A stretch of 64,000 nt of DNA from a virus. Lineage: Duplodnaviria; Caudoviricetes. The stretch lies in IMG/VR virus record IMGVR_UViG_3300029288_004137, positions 32,001 through 96,000 of that record. One strand, given 5' to 3'. The position numbers and the translations under genes were made by a program. This document shows positions 39,716 to 50,114 of the stretch, one piece after another; the first letter of the stretch is position 1, and each line of letters begins with the position of its first letter. The notes beneath the pieces are model-generated. The model saw only the letters and a list, made by a program, of their open reading frames with translations, was not told the DNA's origin and ran no database searches.

Positions 39716-39988
39716 TTAATTCTTAATTTCCCCTTTTTTATTATTCTTTCGGTTAGAAATCATTATTGCTAGATAGGTTCCCGTTCCATTACCAGCAATA
39801 TATCCAACTAAAAGACAAATATCTTGCTGAGAAATAAATCTCTCAGCTACAAAAAGTCCCAATGCCGTTACTACCATTGACCATATAGAAGCCTGGAACC
39901 CACGGCATTTTACTACAGCCCGAGTATATCTTGTCGCACATAAGTCCAGTATCAGACCTATCAAAAAATATATTACAAAATTTGTCAT
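39716..39988 (-). CDS. Small membrane protein
   Basis: About three hydrophobic helices; YIAGNGTGTY. Confidence 0.6.
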   Translation of the reverse strand: MTNFVIYFLIGLILDLCATRYTRAVVKCRGFQASIWSMVVTALGLFVAERFISQQDICLLVGYIAGNGTGTYLAIMISNRKNNKKGEIKN

Positions 39989-40145
39989 AAAATTTCTTTC
40001 TTATTAAATGTTTATTACACAGTGGAGGTTTATCTTCTTTTTTAATCAGTGATTCATTCATTTTATTTTTCCCCTTTTATCGACGTTCATGCTTAAATCA
40101 TAACACACCTGACTTTAAAAGTCAAGCTTTTTTTTCTTTCATTTT

Positions 40146-41378
40146 TTAACGTGGTGGTACATCATCGCTTAGCATCATACTGCCTATCGCACCACCTATA
40201 CATTTAATAGTATAACTGTCCAAATCTTTTTCAGCATTTCCACGAATATCATACTCTCTGAAAATATATTTATTCAACTTCCTGTTTTCACATGGTTTTT
40301 CATTTAATATTCTTTCATATTTTGGTTCTATCAAATTCCATATTAACTTTGAAAAATTGTGTTTATCATAAATATTAAACAATATTCCTTTGTATTTTGA
40401 TTTAACAGCATACAAAGCAAATTCTTTTTTATCATTTATATCAGAAACTTTTTGAATGATATCATTGAATTCTTTTTTAACTTCACAAAGAATATCATTA
40501 TATCTTGCTATCAAATCATCTTTCGTTTTTTCAAACCAAGTATATGATTCTTCTGGGAGATTCTTCTTTAATTCTTCCAAAGAAGAATTGTTTCTGAGAC
40601 ATTCCCAGATAACTTTATTTGAAAAATTATAAGCAATTCGATGAAGTCTTACATACTCATCGAATTTTAATTTTATTCGATAGTTATCTTCAAATTTAAG
40701 AACAAATCCCTCTTTGTTTTTTGTTTCAAATTTCTTCAAATCTTTTATATCATTAACTAATTCTGAAAAATCAAAACGATTAACAACTGAAAAGATGCAA
40801 GGAACCTCTTTAAAGAGTCCTGAATAAGATTCTTCTTTTCCTGTTTTAACATCGATTATAGAAAGAAGAATTAAATCTTCTATATCCCCATAATTTACAA
40901 CAATTCTATTTGTAGGATGAATTAATTCAAAACAATATGTTTTTCCTTCTTTAATAAAATCAAACGTTTCATTTATTTTTCTTTCAAAGATTTCTTTTGC
41001 AAGTAAAGCTTGCGAAGAAAAGAATGTTCCTCTTGTAGAAATAATGTTCTTTCCATTGTATTTAAAGATTTCAATAAAAGAACCGTCAATCTTTTCATAT
41101 ACTTCGTATTTCATGTGAGAATACTTATCGATAGATTCCTTTGATAATTCTTCATAATTAAAGAATTTCTTAAAAGGACGAGAAACAATATTCCCTTTGT
41201 TATCAATTACTAATCCTCGACAAGACTCAGTATATAAATCCCAAGATCTTGAATATGAAGCTTCATTTGTATAATTCAATATCAAAAGATCTTCAGTATC
41301 GTGCTTAACAATTGATATAAGTTTATCTTTATTATATTGTTCTATTAAATCTAAATCTATCTTATCTAAAAAAGACAT
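40146..41378 (-). CDS. T4 Rnl1-like RNA ligase with a foreign C-terminal extension
   Basis: CRGL, RPFKKFFN, motif I EKIDGS, FEL...NRIVV.Y, EGFV, IKLK. Confidence 0.88.
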   Translation of the reverse strand: MSFLDKIDLDLIEQYNKDKLISIVKHDTEDLLILNYTNEASYSRSWDLYTESCRGLVIDNKGNIVSRPFKKFFNYEELSKESIDKYSHMKYEVYEKIDGSFIEIFKYNGKNIISTRGTFFSSQALLAKEIFERKINETFDFIKEGKTYCFELIHPTNRIVVNYGDIEDLILLSIIDVKTGKEESYSGLFKEVPCIFSVVNRFDFSELVNDIKDLKKFETKNKEGFVLKFEDNYRIKLKFDEYVRLHRIAYNFSNKVIWECLRNNSSLEELKKNLPEESYTWFEKTKDDLIARYNDILCEVKKEFNDIIQKVSDINDKKEFALYAVKSKYKGILFNIYDKHNFSKLIWNLIEPKYERILNEKPCENRKLNKYIFREYDIRGNAEKDLDSYTIKCIGGAIGSMMLSDDVPPR

Positions 41379-41404
41379 TCTTGTTCCTTTTTTTATTTTA
41401 CGCC

Positions 41405-42397
41405 TTTAGCATACCACAGAAATATAATTTTGTCAAGCGCAAAATATTTCAATTTTCTTTATTGATTGCTTTCTTTTTGTTTTTCAAGTCTTTGTGAATA
41501 TTCTACTAATTCTTTTTCTGTCATTAATTCAAATTGATATCCATTATCTTTTGCATATTGTTTATATGCTTCAACTTTATCTCGTTCTTTTGAAAATTCT
41601 TTTAATCTTCCTTGTGATTTTATTTCTACAAGTTTAATTATACCATCTTTCATTGTTATTAACAAATCTGGGACTGTATAACAGTCTATGCCTTTATATA
41701 CAAATGGTATTGTTATACTTTCTGATAAGAAAGATTCAACATCAGGATCTTTTTCAATCAATTGAAGATATAAAAGTTCATAAGATGAACGATAATAAAC
41801 TTCTTTAATACATTTCTTAGATTTAAAATAACCTTTTTTAAAACAGTTTTTGCCGGAAAACATTCCAGGATTTTCCTGCATTTTTTTACACATAACAAGA
41901 GATAGTTTTGACTTTGTTTCTGGAGTGTGATGACGTTGAGGTACTCTATTCCCAGATAAAATATCAAAACGATACACTTCAATTCGTTTTATTATTTTTT
42001 CTTTGTTTTTTAATCGATATTCATTTTGATATTCATTTTGATATTCATTTATTTTTTCTTTGTTTTTTAATCGATATGCTTTCTTTTGTTCTTTGTTTTT
42101 TTCATACCATTCTTTTTGATATTCTTTCTTTTGTTCTTTGTTTTTTTCATACCATTCTTTTTGATATTCTTTCCTTTTTTCTTTTATTTCTTCTTTGTTC
42201 TTTTGATAATATGCTTTCTTTTTTTCTTTGTTCTTTTGATAATATGCTTTATTATATGCTTTCTTTTTTTGTTTTTTTATTTCTTTTTCAGAAAGAGATT
42301 CAACATTATCATTCGACATTGCTTTTCCTTTCGATTTTTAATTCTACATATTTAGCATACCACAGAAATATAATTTTGTCAAGCGCAAAATATTTCA
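41405..42397 (-). repeat. Identical 47-bp direct repeats (promoter copies) at 41405-41451 and 42351-42397
   Basis: TTTAGCATACCACAGAAATATAATTTTGTCAAGCGCAAAATATTTCA. Confidence 0.9.
41459..42319 (-). CDS. Putative homing-type endonuclease: basic repeats, NUMOD3-like motif and TnsA-N-like PD-(D/E)xK domain
   Basis: HTPETKSKLS; RSSYE...PDLL...LVEIK. Confidence 0.75.
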   Translation of the reverse strand: MSNDNVESLSEKEIKKQKKKAYNKAYYQKNKEKKKAYYQKNKEEIKEKRKEYQKEWYEKNKEQKKEYQKEWYEKNKEQKKAYRLKNKEKINEYQNEYQNEYRLKNKEKIIKRIEVYRFDILSGNRVPQRHHTPETKSKLSLVMCKKMQENPGMFSGKNCFKKGYFKSKKCIKEVYYRSSYELLYLQLIEKDPDVESFLSESITIPFVYKGIDCYTVPDLLITMKDGIIKLVEIKSQGRLKEFSKERDKVEAYKQYAKDNGYQFELMTEKELVEYSQRLEKQKESNQ

Positions 42398-42587
42398 GTT
42401 TCTTTGATTTTCTTAATAAAAAAAGCACTTGACAAAAAAAAATCTTTATGGTATGATACGAATAGTATTAAAAATAGAGAGGAAACAATGAAAGTAGAAT
42501 TTCAAATCATAATAATAATACTTATAGTGTTTTTTATGAATCTTATTAATAATAATGAACAATAACAATTATTAAAGGAAAATATAA

Positions 42588-43595
42588 ATGAAATTTTCAC
42601 ATTTTTCTGATATTGAAAACTCTTATAACCTTAAATTTGTTGAAAAAATTGATAAGTCTGGAGTATGGTGCGTTACTGAAAAGATTCACGGAGCTAATGC
42701 TTCTCTTTGGTATTCCTCTGAGAATGATGAATTCCGTGTAGGAAAAAGATCATCTTTTATTGATGAAAGTAATTTCTTTGGTATCAATAAGTTTTCTAAT
42801 ACTTCTCTTAAAGAGATTACTATTAATCTTTTTAACCATATTAAAAACAATTTTAATTCTGAGATTAAAGATCTTGTTATCTATGGAGAATGGTTCGGCG
42901 GATATTATAATTGTGATGGAGTATCTGTAAAAGGATCAAGAGTACAAACGGGCGTATCTTATTCACCTAATAACCATTTTTATGCTTTCTATATGAAAAT
43001 TAATGATGTTCCTGTTTCAAGAAAAGATTTCTCTGAAATCTTTAAGGATTTTGATAATAAGAATAATATATTCTTTGATTCTAAAATCCTTTTTAAAGGG
43101 ACATTTAATGAGTGCATGGAATATCCTAATGATCAGAATAGTTTTATTCCTGATATGTTTAATTTGCCTAAACTACCAAAGAATATAATGGAAGGTGTGG
43201 TTATAGAACCATATGATACGATTAAATTTACTCCCAATAATGAAAGAGTTGTTCTAAAGAATAAGAATAATCTTTTTAATGAGAAGAAAAATAGGACAGG
43301 TAAAACTTATAAAGATACTATTCTCAGTGAAAATGCAATTAGTTATTTAGAGAATATTGATTGTTATATAACAGAACAAAGAGTTGAAAATCTTTATTCA
43401 AAATTGGGTGAAGAAATGTGCTTTAAGAATTTTTCTAGTATTCTTAAAGAGTATGTCGAAGATGTTTTTAAAGATTCTTCGAAAGAAATAAATGATAATG
43501 ATTTTGAACTTAGTAGTCTTGATCAAGAAAATGTTCTTCATGAAGTAAAAAATAAATCATCAAATCTTATTAGAAATTTCTTAAAAACGATTTAA
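42588..43595 (+). CDS. Rnl2-family RNA ligase
   Basis: EKIHGAN, YGEWFGG, VQTGVSYSP, EGVVI, LKNKN. Confidence 0.88.
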   Translation: MKFSHFSDIENSYNLKFVEKIDKSGVWCVTEKIHGANASLWYSSENDEFRVGKRSSFIDESNFFGINKFSNTSLKEITINLFNHIKNNFNSEIKDLVIYGEWFGGYYNCDGVSVKGSRVQTGVSYSPNNHFYAFYMKINDVPVSRKDFSEIFKDFDNKNNIFFDSKILFKGTFNECMEYPNDQNSFIPDMFNLPKLPKNIMEGVVIEPYDTIKFTPNNERVVLKNKNNLFNEKKNRTGKTYKDTILSENAISYLENIDCYITEQRVENLYSKLGEEMCFKNFSSILKEYVEDVFKDSSKEINDNDFELSSLDQENVLHEVKNKSSNLIRNFLKTI

Positions 43596-43686
43596 CATCT
43601 TGAATTATTAAGATAAATTTATCTTGATAATTCAAGTTTATTGTGATATTATATATCTATAAAATGTTTAATTTTGGAACAAATAT

Positions 43687-44397
43687 ATGGATCTCTATGA
43701 AACAGTTAGAATTGGCAATTTTCAACAAGTTAAATATTTTATTGAAAATAGCACTGATAATCATGAGATAAATGTAAAGGTATTATTACATTTAGCAACA
43801 GTAAATGGCCATCTTGATATCGTCAAATATCTTATTGAACGATATCAAGATATTGATATTTATGCTAATAATGATATTGCTTTACATCTTGCAGCACAAA
43901 ATAACCATTTTGATATTATTAAATATTTCGTTGAAAAAAAAGTAAATGCTAATACTTTAAATGGTTCTATTTTAGCATATGCAGTACAATATAATTGTAT
44001 GCATATGATCATATATTTAATTGAAAAAGGTGCTAATATTCATGCTTTAAATGAAATTGCTTTAAAAGCAGCAGTAACATTTAATCATTTTGATATTGTT
44101 AAGTATCTTATTGAACATGGTGCTGATATTCATATTGAAAATGATTATGTTTTAAGACTTGCCGTAAGAAAAGGTTTGATAGATATTGTTAAATACCTCA
44201 TTAAATGTGGTGCAGATATACGTGCTGATAATAATCGTGCTTTACGATGGGGACTTAAATACCAAATAAAGTATAATAACAAATTTAATATTGTCAAATA
44301 TTTAATTTCTTGTTATAATAAAGAAGAATTAAAAGAATTGTTTTTTAAATTTGATGATCTTTATATAAAGTATTTAATTTTGGAGCAAAGTATATGA
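43687..44397 (+). CDS. Ankyrin-repeat protein
   Basis: Ankyrin repeats plus LILE tail. Confidence 0.9.
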   Translation: MDLYETVRIGNFQQVKYFIENSTDNHEINVKVLLHLATVNGHLDIVKYLIERYQDIDIYANNDIALHLAAQNNHFDIIKYFVEKKVNANTLNGSILAYAVQYNCMHMIIYLIEKGANIHALNEIALKAAVTFNHFDIVKYLIEHGADIHIENDYVLRLAVRKGLIDIVKYLIKCGADIRADNNRALRWGLKYQIKYNNKFNIVKYLISCYNKEELKELFFKFDDLYIKYLILEQSI

Positions 44398-44633
44398 ATA
44401 TCTTTGATGCAATAGAAGAAAACAATATTCAGTCTGTTAAAGAATGTATTAAAAGTAGTGCTGATATTCATGCTCATAATGCTTTAAGATGGGCAATAGA
44501 ATTAAATCGTTTTGAAATTATTAAGTATTTAATTTCTTTATATACCTTTTTAGAGTTGAAAATATTGTTTTTTAAAACTAAGGATCTTTATATAAAGTAT
44601 CTAATTTTAGAGCAAGTATATGAATCTTCTTGA
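44394..44633 (+). CDS. Short ankyrin-repeat protein
   Basis: One repeat plus tail. Confidence 0.8.
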   Translation: MNIFDAIEENNIQSVKECIKSSADIHAHNALRWAIELNRFEIIKYLISLYTFLELKILFFKTKDLYIKYLILEQVYESS

Positions 44634-44647
44634 TGAAAGGAAAAATA

Positions 44648-45232
44648 ATGTTTGAAAATGATGAAGATTATGATGCTTTAAAAGAATTCTCATATTATCT
44701 TTATGAAAATAGAGAAAATTGTTCTATTCTTTTTAACATAATTAATACTTATAATGAAAGTCTTTTTAAGAAAAGCAAGAACTTTGAAAACTTTTCAAAG
44801 TCATCATTTATTTGTAAATCTATCAAAACGCTTTTTCCTAAACTTGATTATGTTGATAAAAATGGACTAGATTTCATTTATGACAATAGAATTTTAATTG
44901 AACTAAAAACAAGAAAAGAGATGTTTCAAAAAAAGAAAACAAATCCCATTATTATAAAGAATCTAATTAAAAATCTAAATGAAACAAAAACATTTTCTGT
45001 TCTTTGGATGATTCAAACAGATAAACCGTATAAAATGGGATTAACTACATACACATCTGCAAAAAAATTTAAAAAGTTCTGTTATTCTCGGACTGAGTGT
45101 CAAATTCCTTTTGAATATATCCAATTTATTGAAATTCAAAACGATATTAAACATCTTGAAATTAATATTCAAAAAGAACAAGATGAATTTGAAAACAATT
45201 TAATCAATAAACTGATAAATAGGTTGAAATGA
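44648..45232 (+). CDS. Possible PD-(D/E)xK nuclease
   Basis: GLDF...IELK; overlaps the methyltransferase start. Confidence 0.45.
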   Translation: MFENDEDYDALKEFSYYLYENRENCSILFNIINTYNESLFKKSKNFENFSKSSFICKSIKTLFPKLDYVDKNGLDFIYDNRILIELKTRKEMFQKKKTNPIIIKNLIKNLNETKTFSVLWMIQTDKPYKMGLTTYTSAKKFKKFCYSRTECQIPFEYIQFIEIQNDIKHLEINIQKEQDEFENNLINKLINRLK

Positions 45233-46107
45233 ATAAACCAATATGGGCCTTGACTCCTCTTCGATATATAGGAGGAAAAAGTAAGCTTATAAAAAATATG
45301 TATCAATATTTTCCAAAAGATTTTTCTGAATTCAGAGAACCTTTTGTTGGAGGTGGATCTATATTTCTATATTTAAAACAATTATTTCCTGACAGAAAAT
45401 ATTGGATAAACGATATAAATCAAAATCTCTTTTCTTTTTGGATTATTCTTCAAAATTATGATTCAATGCTAAAACTACAAAAAGATCTTTTAAAAATAAA
45501 AGAAGATCTCATGCAAAAGTCTATTGAAGAAAGAAAAGAATTAAATATAAAAATGAAAGATACTTTATATGGTATAGATTCTGAGAATACAAAAAAATTA
45601 GTTCTTTCATATGAAAGAGCAATTGCTTATTATTTCTGCAATAAAACATCTTTCTCAGGATTAGAACAAGGTACTTATTCAGATCAAGCTTTTTATAAGA
45701 ACTTTACAGTATCAAATATAAATAAATTTAATACATATAATAAACTATTAAAAAATGTAGAAATAACAAATATAGATTATAGTCAATTACTTAATGATTC
45801 AATTAAAGATTATGATGAAAATGTTTTCTTTTATTTTGATCCGCCTTATGAATTAAATAAGAAATCATCAAATACTCTTTATGGTAAGGATGGAATACTT
45901 CATAAGTCTTTTGATCATCAAAGATTCTTTTCACTTATTAAAACAATTAATAAAGGAAAATTCTGTATATCATATAACAGTGATTCTTATATAAAAGAAA
46001 GATATAAAGATTATAATCAAATTGAATTAGATTTTCAATATGTTTCTAATTGTGGAAATAAGGGAAAATCAAAAAAAACTAAAGAATTGTTGATCTTTAA
46101 TTATTAA
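45229..46107 (+). CDS. Dam-like N6-adenine DNA methyltransferase
   Basis: YIGGK, EPFVGGGS, NDIN, DPPY, ELLIFNY. Confidence 0.92.
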   Translation: MNKPIWALTPLRYIGGKSKLIKNMYQYFPKDFSEFREPFVGGGSIFLYLKQLFPDRKYWINDINQNLFSFWIILQNYDSMLKLQKDLLKIKEDLMQKSIEERKELNIKMKDTLYGIDSENTKKLVLSYERAIAYYFCNKTSFSGLEQGTYSDQAFYKNFTVSNINKFNTYNKLLKNVEITNIDYSQLLNDSIKDYDENVFFYFDPPYELNKKSSNTLYGKDGILHKSFDHQRFFSLIKTINKGKFCISYNSDSYIKERYKDYNQIELDFQYVSNCGNKGKSKKTKELLIFNY

Positions 46108-46170
46108 AGAAAAAATTAAACTTGACTTTTAAAATTAAATATGATATTCTTTTATTAAAGAAGAAATTAA

Positions 46171-49100
46171 ATGATATTAACTGGCAAAATGTATAAATAT
46201 TTCTACAATAAAAATTACTATTATCTTTATCTTGAAATAGATAGAAATTGGTTTATAAACAACATTCTACCTAATTTACCACAATGTTATAAATGTTTTA
46301 AATGTAATACTGAAAAAGATTGTCTTTTTTTATATAATTGCAAACATAAAATTTTTTGTTGTGTTCCTTCTTATCAAGAAGAATTTAAATTAATAGAAAA
46401 ATTGGATAACATTAAATGATATTAACTGGAAAAATTTATACTTATAAAAATGAAAACAAAACCAATCTTTATCTTGAAATAAATAAAAATTGGTTTTTAA
46501 AAAACCTATTAAAAGATCTTTTTTTTAAATGTCGTGACTGCATAAAAAAGAATAAAGATAATTGTCTTTTTTTGTATTTTTGTAAAAGTAAAAGATTTGA
46601 TTGTTATCCTAAAAATCCAAAATTTAAATTAATAGAAAATAATATTGTTGGATAACATTTAAATGATATTAACTGGAAAAATGTATACTTATAAACCAAA
46701 AATATATATTTATAAATCAAATGAAAATGAAAATAATGTTTATTTTCATCTTGAAATAGATAAAAATTGGTTTATAACCAATATTTTGTCTAATATACCA
46801 CAATGTTCTAATTGTAATAATATAAATAAAAATAGTTGTCTTTTTTTATATTCTTGTAAATTTAAAAATTTTTTTTGTGTTCCTCTTGTTTCTCTTTCTC
46901 AAGAAAATTTTAAATTAATAAAAAAATTAGGTAGTAATTAAATGATATTAACTGGCAGAATGTATATATACCATTCAAATCTTTATAATTATTACTCTTC
47001 TTTTCCTACTGATGATATGTATGTTTCTCTTTATCTTGAAATAGATAAAAATTGGTTTATAAAAAATATATTGAATTTGAATTATGTTCGTACTCATTTT
47101 GTGTGTAGTGACTGTACTACAAAAAGAAACAAAAGTAACTGCTTTTTTTTATATAGAATTAAATCTAAAAAATTTGTTTGTTATCCTGAAGATACAAAAA
47201 TCAAATTTGAATTAATGAAAAATACTATTTTGGATAACATTTAAATGATATTAACTGGTAAAATGTATACTTTTCAAGATAACTATCTTTATCTTGAAAT
47301 AGATAAAAATTGGTTTATCAAAAACGTATTAAAAGATCTTTATCTGTGTGGTGACTGCATAAAAAAGAATAAAGATAATTGTCTTTTTTTATATTCTTGT
47401 AGATTTAAATATTTTCATTGTACTCAACTTTCCTTCTGCTATGAAATAAAATTAATAGAAAAATTGGATAACATTAAATGATATTAACTGGAAAAATGTA
47501 TGTTTATAAACAAAGTGAAAATAATGTTTATTTTCATCTTGAAATAGATAAAAATTGGTTTATAACCAATATTTTGTCTAATATACCACAATGTTTTAAT
47601 TGTAATAATGTAAATAAAAACAGTTGTCTTTTTTTATATTCTTGCTTATATAAAGATTTTCATTGTACTAACGTTCCTTCTATTATGGAATATAAATTAA
47701 TAGAAAAATTGGATAACACTAAATGATATTAACTGGAAAAATGTATGCTGCTGAGTATCCAATTTTATTCTCTCTTATTAAAGATGTGCATTTATGTATA
47801 TGCCTTGAAATAGATACAGATTGGTTTAGAAAAAATTTATTAAATAAAAATCCAGCATGTCAATTTAATAAATGTGAACATTGTAGTATTTATAATTTAG
47901 GCAAAAAATGTTTGTTTCTTTATAATATACAACATAAAAGATTTTATTGGTATTATCCTAAACATTTTAATTGCTTTGAGAAATATTATTATAATAGTGA
48001 AGACATAAAATCTAATTTATCTGATCTTCTTCTTCTTCCTACTGTTTATATAAAGGAAATTAAATAATGATATTAACTGGCAAAATGTATAAAAAATGTT
48101 TCTACGATAATACAAACCATATTCCTCTTTATTTTGAAATAGATAAAGATTGGTTTTATAAAAATGCATTACCAAATATTATTGCATGTTATAATTGCGA
48201 TGAAGATTGCAATAAATATAAAGAAAAAGAAAAAGATTGTCTTTTTTTGTATTCTTTTGATTCTAAACGTTTTAATTGTGTTCACTATCCTTCTACTCTG
48301 CAATTTAAATTAATAGAAAAATTGGATAACATTTAAATGATATTAACTGGTAAAATGTACGCTTATAAACAAAGTAAAAATTATGTTTATTTTTGTCTTG
48401 AAATAGATAAAAATTGGTTTATTACAAATATTTTACCTGATTTACCACGTCATTGTTTTGATTGTTTTAATACAGATAAAAATAATTGTCTTTTTTTGTA
48501 TTTTTGTAGTTATAAAAAATTTAATTGTTTTCAAAAAAAAAGTAATTGTTTTAAAGAAATGGTTTGTTCTAAAAAGAGTAAAAATTAAATGGTATTAACT
48601 GGCAAAATATATACTTATAAACCAAGTGAAAATGATGTTTATTTCCATCTTGAAATAGATAAAAACTGGTTTATAAATAACATTTTGCCTAATTTATTAC
48701 TATGCTATAAATGTAATACTGAAAATAGTTGTCTTTTTTTATATAATTGTGAATTTAAAAGTTTTTATTGTGTTCCTCTTGTTTCTCAAGAAAAATTTAA
48801 ATTAATAGAAAATAATATTGTTGGATAACATTTAAATGATATTAACTGGCAAAATATACACTTATAAAAATGATAAAAATAATGTTTATTTCCATCTTGA
48901 AATAGATAAAAACTGGTTTATAAATAACATTTTGTCTAATATACCACAATGTTTTGATTGCAATAATGTAAATAAAAATAGTTGTCTTTTTTTATATTCT
49001 TGCTTATATAAAGAATTTCATTGTACTCACTTTCCTTCTACTATGGAATATAAATTAATAGAAAAATTGGATAACATTAAATGATATTAACTGGAAAAAT

Positions 49101-50114
49101 TTATACTTATAAAAATGAAAACAAAACCAATCTTTATCTTGAAATAGATAAAAATTGGTTTATAAATAATATTTTGCCTAATTTATTACTATGCTATAAA
49201 TGTAATACTGAAAATAATTGTCTTTTTTTATATAATTGCATGTTTAAAATTTTTTGTTGTGTTCCTCTTGTTTCTCAAGAAGAATTTAAATTAATAGAAA
49301 ACATATAATATTGGATAAAATCTAATGTCTATTATAGATAAAATACATAAAAAAATAATGATAAAATTTAAAAAAGGAAATCTATTTTTTGATAACTTTT
49401 TTAAAAGATTCTTTATAGTAGTAGATATCTGTGATAAAAAACACAAATTATCTTATCGACATTGTAAAAAATGTAATAAAAACTATGCTCTTCCAAATGC
49501 TAAATGTTATTTATCGTATTATTTTAATAAAAATGATTCATATTTTCGTTGTAATACTGAACTCTATCTTTTAAAAACTTTTAAAAAAAATAAATTAAAA
49601 AATGAAAACAATTCTCACAGGTAACATATATAAAGATTTTTTTGTTGTTCCACATCTTTATCTTGAAATAAATAAAAACTGGTTTATAAAAAATAAGTTA
49701 AATTTGGATAGGATTGGTATAGAAAATATATTTGATGAATATTGCGAAAATTGTAATGCCACTTTTAAAGGTGATTGTTTATTTTTATATGGTATTAAAT
49801 CTAAAACATTCTTTTGTGATAAAAAATCATTTTATGATAAAATTGGAGTATAAAATTAAATGATTCTTACAGGTAAAATGTATAAAAGCGAATCAAAATA
49901 TTTTGATTCATCAATATCAAAAATTTATCTTGAAATAGATAAAAATTGGTTTATGGATAATATTATAATTAAATATGAATATGCTACGTGTTTTAATTGT
50001 GTTCGACTTAATAATCAATGCTTATTTCTATATGATTTACAAGACAAGAAATTTTTATGTGAAAAACCACAACTTCAATATTTTTATAATGAAATAATAC
50101 AAAAAAATGATTAA
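46171..50114 (+). repeat. Tandem array of 14 Cys-rich MILTGK-family CDS (46171, 46416, 46663, 46942, 47245, 47478, 47723, 48067, 48337, 48589, 48836, 49081, 49602, 49860)
   Basis: MILTGK.Y...LEIDKNWF...CxxC...CLFLY...F.C in each. Confidence 0.9.

Noticed and set aside
41908-42432. Hydrophobic + strand ORFs
   Set aside because: Antisense shadows of the Lys/Glu-rich endonuclease gene
46171-49308. CRISPR-like repeat-spacer array
   Set aside because: Repeats are degenerate, spaced about 230-340 bp apart and are in-frame gene junctions; no cas genes
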